Origin: Octopus vulgaris
Lineage: Eukaryota
DNA: 64,000 nucleotides
Direction: 5' to 3'
Assembly (NCBI GenBank): GCA_951406725.2
Contig: OX597816.1
Span: 72,602,001 to 72,666,000, forward strand
Below, in pieces: positions 54,165 to 64,000 of this stretch. Under the pieces are notes generated by a model. It saw only the letters and a list, made by a program, of their open reading frames with translations, had not been told where the DNA came from and made no database searches. A program made the position numbers and the translations under genes. Position 1 is the first letter of the stretch. Every line of letters starts with the position of its first letter.

Positions 54165-54550
54165 TAGACGCAAGCATGGGTGTGTGGTTATGAAGCGCAT
54201 TTTGCGACCACGTGGTGTCAGGTTCAATCCCACTGCGTGGCACCTTGGGAAAACGTCTTCTACTGTAGTCCCAAGCTAATTCATGTCAGTGAATTTGGTA
54301 GATGGAAACGGTGAGGAAACCCATGTGTGTATGTGTGCACGTGTGCGTGAGTGTATGTGTGTTTCTTCCACACTGCCGCTCGATAACTAGTGTTGGTTTC
54401 TTATCGTACCCGTAACTTAGCGGTTCAGCTAGAGATATCGATATAATACACACCAGATTTAAAAACATTAAGTTCAGATTTGTCCGATTAAAGCTATTGA
54501 AGATGGTGCCCCAGCATGGCTGAAGTTTAATGACTGAAACAAGTAAAAGA
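54165..54550 (+). mobile_element. SINE family A, older diverged copy
   Basis: GGTTCAATCCCACTGCGTGGCACCTTGGG...GGTGCCCCAGCATGGC..ATGACTGAAACAAGTAAAAGA. Confidence 0.8.
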
Positions 54551-54834
54551 GAGACAATAAAAGCTAGAAAAAACACAGAGAAAACATACAACAAAATAAC
54601 AGGGAAACGTAAATATACGCAAAAAAACATCAATAAAATGGGGAAAAACTCGAAAAAATAGGAAAAAAACTGAAGCTAAATAAACAAACAAAACTTGAAA
54701 ATAGAAGCATGAAAAGAAATAAAATAACAAAATAAACAAAAAAGTTACGAAAAATATCCAATATAATAGAAAACCAAGAGAAAAACAAACACATGGAGAT
54801 GAAACATACAAAAATACATAAAAACAAACAAAAT

Positions 54835-55022
54835 GATATATACATGTACAAAGACATATATATATATATATATATATATACGCATGCACACACTCACACA
54901 TATGTATATGTGTATATATACACATACATATATGTATATACATATACATATATGTATATATATACACATATATGTATATATATACATATATGCATACATA
55001 TACATATGTATATACATATATA

Positions 55023-55064
<42 letters not shown>

Positions 55065-55586
55065 CATATATTTATATATATATATGTGTATGTATATATA
55101 TACACATACACGAATAAAGATACTTACACATACAAACATGCACGAACGCATGCATAAATATATGCACTTGTGCACGCGCTCATATACATACAAATACACA
55201 CAGAGAAAGGCAAATATGCACTCACGGAGGCGAACGCATGAAGTCACACGAAACGTAACTTCGAAAATATACCAAAAAGAAATAAATATATATATATATA
55301 TAAAAAAGGCAGATAGACATAGTAAAAAAAAAAGACGTAAAAAAACAGAACGTCTTAAATACAAATAGAATAAAGGAATATACGAAAAAAAAAAAGAATG
55401 AAACGAAGGGAGAATAAGTACAGCTAAAAATGCACATATGCACCACAGCTACAATGCTACGAAGAATTATAAGAATATAAAGAATATATATCTATTCCAT
55501 ATGATGACATACAGACATGAAGGGAAAACACACACACACATATATATATCAACACACGCACGCACACACTCACACACATATGTATA

Positions 55587-55618
<32 letters not shown>

Positions 55619-55837
55619 CATACATATATATATATATATGTATATATATATACATATATACATATATATGTATATATATATATACATATATATGTATATA
55701 TATATATACATATATATGTATATATATGTATATATATATGTATATATATACATATATATGTATATATATATACACATATATGTATATATATATACACATA
55801 TATATGTATATATATATATACACATATATATATACAC

Positions 55838-55868
<31 letters not shown>

Positions 55869-55894
55869 TATATGTATATATATATATACACATA

Positions 55895-55936
<42 letters not shown>

Positions 55937-55946
55937 TATGTATATA

Positions 55947-55997
<51 letters not shown>

Positions 55998-56112
55998 ATA
56001 CATGTATGTATATATTTATATATATATATATATGTATTTGTATCTATATATACATGCATACATATGTATGTATATACATATATAAAAGAGAGATATTTGC
56101 ATACATACACAT

Positions 56113-56150
<38 letters not shown>

Positions 56151-56200
56151 ACACACATATATATATATATATTATATCCGCACACACTCACACATACACG
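54835..56200. repeat. (TA)n/(CA)n microsatellite tracts
   Basis: Directly visible. Confidence 0.95.
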
Positions 56201-56964
56201 CGCTTAAACATCGAAAACACGAAATATAAATATAGAAAAATAGACAAAATACACAAAAAAAAATTAAGCAACAAAAAAAAGCAATGCACACACTGTAACC
56301 CGGAAAAGTATAAAAAAATTATAAAACAAAACTGCAGTTTCACTATTTTTTGTAGTCTTTATTATGGATGTCGTTAATTTGTGTATATATAAGCTGCTAG
56401 TATTTTAGCTTACGTGACAGGACTTATATTGGTCTAAATAATACCCCAAAACTTCCTCTATACAGCACTAAAACGGCAGCAACAACAGCAACGATAATAA
56501 TGAAACATTAACGATAGGGTGACTTATAGTTCAAGCACACATTTCCTTTCATTAACAGTCACGTGTACGACATAGCAATGTAAGTAATGCATGACGGGAT
56601 AGCATAGACAGATAATGGACGTGTTGCAGTGTAACGAAAACGTGAAACGGTAACAGAAATATTTGAACGGTCCGTCATAGAGGTAGATTGCTTTATCGAT
56701 GATATATTAGTAATGTGCATTGAACTGATGAGCTGAACGTTCGTTGGGGGAGGTTAAGACACGAGGGTAGAATGAATGTACTGTCAAAATATACTTAAAT
56801 TATTTTTTTTAAGTGTGAAAAAAGCAAAAGAAACACAGAATAAAGAAAAAAAACTTAGAATTAATTCTTATATAGTATTATAATAAATATAGTCTGGGGC
56901 ACAAGTACACGAAATGAAAGAACTGATGCGCGGGCGTACATACTCCACCTCTACCCCCACCCTC

Positions 56965-57142
56965 AGCCTTTGCCTTTCCAAGGGAAAAGCAAAGGGGCCA
57001 ATGCAGCTTGGCACCAGTGAAGTCGCAAGTCGTTTCTACAGCTGAGTAAACTGGAGCAACACGCAGCCCAGTCCGGAGTTCGAACACACACAACCTCACG
57101 ATCGTAAGCTCGACGCTCTAACCACTGAGCCATGCGCCTTCA
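56965..57142 (-). mobile_element. SINE family D, partial
   Basis: GTGAAGGCGCATGGCTCAGTGGTTAGAGCGTCGAGCTTACGATCG..GTTCGAACTCC on the minus strand. Confidence 0.8.
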
Positions 57143-57146
57143 CTCA

Positions 57147-57207
<61 letters not shown>

Positions 57208-57789
57208 CCAGCAACCTAACTCTCTATTTATTCCTCTCTCTAGTTGTCTCTCTTTCTTTCTCTCTTTATACTCTCTCTCTCTCACGCACAAACATCTACA
57301 TATACATAATTTTGCATCTATAACACATGTACAATTATATATCATATGTGTTATGCAAGTATGACTACAAATAATTATATGTAGTCGTGTACATGACTAT
57401 ATATGTTTGTGTGCACGTATGTGGGTGCTTGTTAACTGTGTGTTTGTGTTGCTATACATTCGTGGGTAGCTGTTTCGATGTCCAAGAATCTGATACATTT
57501 TCTCTTCCAACTCCATTTTTCTGAAAAAAGATTGGCAAATTATTACATTATGTTTCGTTAGGTCGTTTAACACTTCACGTCCAAATTCCACCCAGATCGA
57601 TATAAAAGTTCGATGCAGTCGGGACCATTTTCCCGTAGATGTAGTTCGATGTGTGATATTAAAATACTGGAATGATTCAGCAAGCCATACGAAAACAAAA
57701 TTGTTTTCTGATTTAGGAACAAGGTCAGCATTTTGAAGGGTAAGCATTTGTTGATACGATCAACTGGTACTGTTTTCTATATTATCAAT

Positions 57790-58088
57790 GTGAAAGCGCG
57801 TGGCTCAGTGGTTAAAGTATTTGACTCACGGCCGTAAGGTCGTGTGTTCAATTCCCTGCGGCGCATTGCGTCCTTGAGCAAAGCGCTTTATTTCACGTTA
57901 CTTCAGTCCACTCAGCTGGCAAAAATGAGTAGTAACTATATTTCAAAAGGGTCAGCTTTGTCACATTTTGTGTCACGTTGAGTCTCCTTAAAAGAACTAC
58001 GCGTGTCTTGCACGTTAATTTCACGAGCGACCTGTACCGTTGGTCGGATCAACTGGAAACGTTGACGTCGTTAACGACGGAGTGTCAG
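57790..58088 (+). mobile_element. SINE with a D-like head and the type-3 tail
   Basis: TGGCTCAGTGGTTA..GTCCTTGAGCAAAG..GTTAATTTCACGAGC..GACGGAGTGTCA. Related copy at 60345-60665. Confidence 0.8.
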
Positions 58089-58104
58089 TAACGTCAATGT
58101 TGAC

Positions 58105-59095
58105 GCCCGAGAGATTTGGACTCAGCAGGTAAACAGTCAAAAGAATAACGTAAAACTTTCACGATTCTGCCAGCTTGCCACCCATAGTTTCAAGAAATAA
58201 TTGATTTTAACGTTAGCACAAAGCCAGCAATATTTAGCGGGAGGTTTTAAGGATACCATCGACCGCTTCTTTATTTTATCGATTCCGAAAAGATGAAAGA
58301 TAAAATTAATCTCAGCAGGATTCCAACTCAGAGAATGAAGAGACGGAAGAAATACCTATTTCTTTACTGCCCACAAGAGGCTAAACACAGAGGAGACAAA
58401 CAAGGACAAACAGACGGATTAAGTCGATTATATCGACCCCAGTCCGTAACTGGTTCTTAATTTATCGACCCTGAAAGGATGAAAGGCAAAGTCGACCTCG
58501 GCGGAATTTGAACTCAGAACGTCGCGGCAGACGAAATACCGCTAAGCATTTCGCCCGGCATGCTACCGTTTCTGCCAGCTCGACGGAAGAAATACCGCGA
58601 TGCATTTTTTCTGACGCTCTCCTGATAAGAATTCTGCCAGCCCACCACCTTAAAAATATTGCTATCTATTTAGGCATAAAGCTAGCACTTTTTCAGGGAG
58701 GATGTTAGGCAAGGACATCGTCCCTGTTAGCTAATTCATACCTTAGTTTATCCATCAAAGATGGGCAAAAAGCTAAGTCGATCCCGTTGGAACTTGAAGG
58801 CGTAAAAAGTACCGCCAGTATGATTGTCTGGCGCTCTAATGATTCTGCTATCTTACCACCAATAATTACAGGAAATATTGACTTCATATTTTGGCACAAA
58901 ACAAGCAATTTTGTGTTGATTGTGTAAGTCGTTTACATCGACCTCAGTACACAACTGGTACTTATTTTATCGATCCGAAAACGATGAAAGGTAAAAACGA
59001 CCTCGTTGGTATTTCCACTCAGAACGTAAAGAGCCAGAAGAAATGCCGCAAAGTATTTTGCTCGACGCACTAACAATTCTGCCAACTCGCCACCC
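58105..59095 (-). mobile_element. Cluster of family-B SINEs, including a nested young copy (58357-58581, 15-bp TSD)
   Basis: TSD GACGGAAGAAATACC at 58342-58356 and 58582-58596, among several older co-oriented copies. Confidence 0.88.
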
Positions 59096-59412
59096 GAGTA
59101 ACAAGAAATATCAATAACGATTTCTTTTGGAAATATCAATAATAGCGTCTCAAGTCGATTTGCATTTGTTCTCCACCGTTGTGATAAACATACACCTCAA
59201 ATGCAAGTTAAATAAATATTTTCAGTATTTTAAAATAGATTTTAAATAATAGTTCAAAGACTGTTTTAAAGAATACGATTCTTAATGCAAACTTTAACAT
59301 TTTCACGTTACCTTTTTTAGATTATCATAAGTAATTTAAAGCTACTACTTTCGTTAGTTTTAAAAGATTTGATAAAAACAAACTATAACAATGATATTAA
59401 TTTTACCTTTTA

Positions 59413-59830
59413 GGGCAGCGAGCTGGCAGAATCGTTAGCACGCCTGGCGAAATGCCTAGTGGTATTTCGTCTGCCGCTACGTTCTGAGTTCAAATTCCGC
59501 CCTGGTCGATTTTACCTTTCATCCTTTCGGGGTCGATAAATTAAGTACCAGTTACACACTGAGGTCGATATAATCGACGTAATACCTATGTCTGTCCTTG
59601 TTTGTCCCCTCTGTGTTTAGCCCCTTGTGGGTAATAAAGAAATAGGTATTTCGTCTGCCGTTACGTTCTGAGTTCAAATTCCGCCGAGGTTGACTTTGCC
59701 TTTCATTCCATCGGGGTCGATTAAATAAATACCAGTTACGCACTGGGGTCGATGCAATCGACTTAATCCGTTTGTCTGTCCTTGTTTCTATCTCCACTAT
59801 GTTTGGCCCCCCGAGAGCAATAAAGAAATT
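59413..59830 (+). mobile_element. SINE family B dimer
   Basis: Head-core-tail, junction AAAGAAATA|GGTATTTCGTC at about 59645, then core-tail. Confidence 0.9.
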
Positions 59831-59956
59831 AATAATTTTACCTTTTAATAAACACTATTTGCGAAATAAACAAATATTTATAATTTCAACGTATAATCAT
59901 AAAGAATACGACTAATTATTTGAACATTATCTCTCTCGAATGACTTGTTGTTTTTT

Positions 59957-60239
59957 TGTTGGTTCCTTCTCGATCCACGCCTGGCTCATAAGAGCCGGTT
60001 TCCCGGTTTCCTTGACGTATAGGTTCCCCACCTGAACGGAACGCCGGTCAGTCGCAGGTGAGCTGCAAGATGCAGGAGGAAAGAGTGAGCAGAAGTTTGC
60101 CATTACCTTCTGCTGGAGCGGCGTAGAGCTTAGGCGTTTCCCGCTCAGAAACACACACACATCGTCCGGTCTGAGATTCGAACCCGCGATCCCTCGACCG
60201 CGAGTCCGCTGCTCTAACCACGAGGTCATGTGCCTCCAC
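59957..60239 (-). mobile_element. SINE with a C-like head and a V-domain-like 3' module
   Basis: GTGGTTAGAGCAGCGGACTCGCGG..GGTTCGAATCTC, then CCTGCGACTGACCGGCGTTCCGTTCAGG, resembling V-SINE CCTGCGATGGACTGGC..CCCGTCCAGG. Confidence 0.7.
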
Positions 60240-60344
60240 TTTTGAAATGACTACTAACAATATAAATATTTTAAAGAATTGAAGTAAAGTATTTTCTTCG
60301 TTATGGTGGAACTGGAAAAGGATAAAACTAGAAATACTGGCGTG

Positions 60345-60665
60345 CAGAAGGTGCGTGGGTTAGGATATTCGGCTTACGGTCGTAAGACCGTGAGTTTGAT
60401 ACCTGGCGGCACGTTGTGTCCTTGGGCAAGGCACTTTATTTCACATTGCTCCAAACCACTCAGTTGACAAAAAAGAGTTTTACCTGTAATTCACAGGGCT
60501 AGCCTTGTCAAATTCCGTACCACACAAAATCTCCATTGGAACTAAGTTAAGGGTACGCGTGTCTGTGCAGTGCTCAGTCACTTGCACATTCATTTCACAA
60601 TCAGGCTGTTCCGTCCGTCAATCAGATCAACTGCAATCCTCGTTTTTGTAATCGACGAAGTGCCA
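60345..60665 (+). mobile_element. SINE with a D-like head and the type-3 tail, older copy
   Basis: GTGTCCTTGGGCAAGGCACTTTATTTCAC...CAGGCTGTTCCG..GATCAACTG..GACGAAGTGCCA. Confidence 0.75.
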
Positions 60666-60984
60666 CTTTAAGGACCCCCAAGGGCCCATATAGAGCACGG
60701 GTGGGAACCACTGCTCTAGACTTTCTACTCTCACTCAATGTCTTACTTTTTCTAGAATCTTCACGCTCACTCCATAACCTAAACCATTATTATCTGTACA
60801 AGCAATGTGCTTTTTTCCATTTCTATTTTAGTAGCGCTTTTTCTAAAGCTTCGAAAGCGGAAACTATAATAAAAACAGTCTTGCTGAATTTATTTAGCTG
60901 TGTTCTTTATTCGGTTTATTGTTAATCTACTCCCAGCAGTGAGTACTCTATAACCATCATTGTCCGTGAGTACACTGTGCAATT

Positions 60985-60985
60985 A

Positions 60986-61052
<67 letters not shown>

Positions 61053-61205
61053 GTATATATACAATATATATGCATATATGCATACATATATATGTATATA
61101 TATATATATATACATACATACATATGAATATATATACATACAGACATATGTATATATATATACATACATATATATATATATATATGTATATGTAGATGTA
61201 TATGT

Positions 61206-61237
<32 letters not shown>

Positions 61238-61484
61238 CATACATACATATATATATGGAGGATATATATATGTACATAAATATATATATATATATATATA
61301 TATACATACATATATATATGTATAAATATATACATACATATATATGTATATATCTACATATATACATACATGTATATTTATATATGTGTGTAAGTATACA
61401 TAAATATATATGCATTTATATATAAGTATGTTTAAATACATACATACATAGACACATACATACATACATACATACATACATACA

Positions 61485-61515
<31 letters not shown>

Positions 61516-61597
61516 GCATACAGATACATATGTACATGAGTACATAAACGAATAAAGTGTGTGTTTGATATGTGTGTATGTTTGTGAGTGAGGAGGT

Positions 61598-61667
<70 letters not shown>

Positions 61668-62285
61668 TGGGGAGAGTGGTGGGCGATTCGCGAAACAAAT
61701 GTGAATAAGAATACTTGAATAGATGGTCTGAAGAAAGAAAATTCAATTGTGGTATCATTTTGGCAATTTGCATAGAGGAGCCGTTTTTTGTATAACTTTG
61801 TATGCACGTCTTCTCATGTTGGTTTCCTGTTTAAATTTGATTTCACCTAAATGGCGACAACATAAGGAATACTGAAGACAGCGTCTGTAATTGTCGAAGG
61901 ATAATGTGAGTGACAAACAATCACAAAAAAGAACAAGAGACAAAAAAATATTTGCGTAAGAAGGAAGTGTGAGTGAGGCATAAAGAGATAGAGAGTTGGG
62001 GGTAAAATGGGACATGTTGGGGGAAAAGGTAACAAGATAGACTGGAAGGAAGAGAGAAATGTAGGGAGTTGGGAGGGAAAGAGAGTGACTGGGAGAGCTT
62101 AGGAGAAATGGAGACGATGGAAGAAAGAAAGAAAGAAAGAAAGGGGGTTTGTGTATGAAAACGAGGAGGTGGGGGAGAGACGTATGAGGTAGGGAAGAGG
62201 TGTTCGGAATAAGGTGGATAGAAAGGTAATCTGTTTCGGATCCTTGCATTTTAGGCAATTCAAGATGTGAAAGTTTATTTGTTTA

Positions 62286-62330
<45 letters not shown>

Positions 62331-62435
62331 TTCGAGCGTATATATTTGGTGTTTGCTTGTGAAATGCATATGTATGCCTGTGCGTTCGTTTGCACGTTTG
62401 TGTATGCACGGGGTAGTTTTTGCATGCTATGCGGA

Positions 62436-62481
<46 letters not shown>

Positions 62482-63038
62482 TGTAAGTATGTACGTGGAT
62501 GTGTGTTGCAAAGTATTCGTGTCTGTATGAGTGTGTGTGTGTGTGTGTGTGTGTGTAATGTGGTGTGTGAGAGTGTTGTGTATGCATGTGACGAACATTT
62601 GTATGAGATTCGGTGCATTTGGTCTGTGTGTGAGCTATATATATATATATATACAAACACACATATATATCTGTATATATATATGTATATATGTATATAT
62701 ATGTGTAAATATATATGTATATATGTATATATATATGTATATATATATGTATATATGTATATATATATGTATATATGTATATATATATGTATATATATAT
62801 GTATATATGTATATATATATGTATATATATATGTATATGTATATTATTTGTGTGTGTGTGTGTGTGTGTGTGAGTGGCATGAATGATGTGTGCGTGCATG
62901 TGCGTATATACACGAGCTACTCCTGTAATGGTTTTTTTTTCTCTTTCGCACGCGCTTGTGGTTTGAGTCTGGTGATGTTTGCATGTTGCGTGATTGCATG
63001 TGTGGGCGTGTAAATTTGTAATGAGCATGTGCGTGCGA

Positions 63039-63094
<56 letters not shown>

Positions 63095-63323
63095 GTGTTA
63101 AGGCATATCGTGTAACAAAAAGTTATATCAAGTTATAAAAGTATGAAAGCGAAAATATATATGGAAGAAGAAGTCAACACGAAAATGAAACAGCACTTAT
63201 ATCACCACTAACACAACAATCACCGAAACCCTCTCAGTTACCCCCACCAAGCACTACTACCATCACCAGCTCCATCATCACCACCAACGCCGCCACCACC
63301 ACAAGCCCACTGCCACTACTACT

Positions 63324-63415
<92 letters not shown>

Positions 63416-63464
63416 TGATGATAATAATCATTAAAGATGGTGATGATACTGCTGCTGCTACGAG

Positions 63465-63501
<37 letters not shown>

Positions 63502-63543
63502 GCTGCTTCTGCTACTGCAACTACTACTACTAATAATAATTGA

Positions 63544-63613
<70 letters not shown>

Positions 63614-63920
63614 TAAATATGGTGATGGTAGTGTTACTACTTCTACTACTACTACTACTACTACTACAACTACTATTACTGCTACTACTACCACTACCAC
63701 TACTACTACTACTACTATTACTAAGGGAAGCTGAAGGAACATTTACACTGACGTCACTGATGTTATACTAAACAAGGTGAGAGGGAAAAGTACACTGAGA
63801 AGAAAAAATATCATCGTTAACTTCGTTGTCATCATCATCAGCAGCATCAATAGCAACAACATCAGCATCACCATGAACAACATCGTCGACGACGATAACA
63901 ACAACAACAACAACGAAGCG
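60985..63920. repeat. (TA)n, (TACA)n, (GA)n, (TG)n, (TAC)n and (TAA)n microsatellite field
   Basis: Directly visible. Confidence 0.95.
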
Positions 63921-64000
63921 ATTGAAAGAACTTCCAAAAAGATCCCCAAACTAGGAATAAACAACTCAAAAACAATGAGTTAACCACCAATGTAAGAAAT

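Overview
Eukaryotic, AT-rich, repeat-dominated non-coding DNA with no intact protein-coding gene. The extreme microsatellite load ((TA)n, (CA)n, (GA)n, (TAA)n, (CAT)n, (ATCT)n) and the SINE families strongly suggest a coleoid cephalopod, probably Octopus (inference). Nearly all tracked ORFs are microsatellite artefacts. Real content: at least six SINE families in dozens of copies; truncated non-LTR retrotransposons (Dong/R4-like RT+RLE, L1/Tx1-like, RTE, CR1/L2-like); decayed DNA transposons (DD37D maT, mariner MITEs, hAT/Buster, Helitron-like). Most notable: (1) a tRNA-headed SINE with a Penelope-type minimal hammerhead ribozyme motif, split by a Dong-like LINE inserted in its internal (TAA)n; (2) a SINE with an L1/Tx1-like tail that repeatedly inserts at one fixed site inside related SINEs, with clear TSDs; (3) two SINE-LINE tail pairings visible in the window; (4) a candidate 54-nt minus-strand exon and a promoter-like island. 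All alignments and translations were done by eye and element boundaries are approximate.
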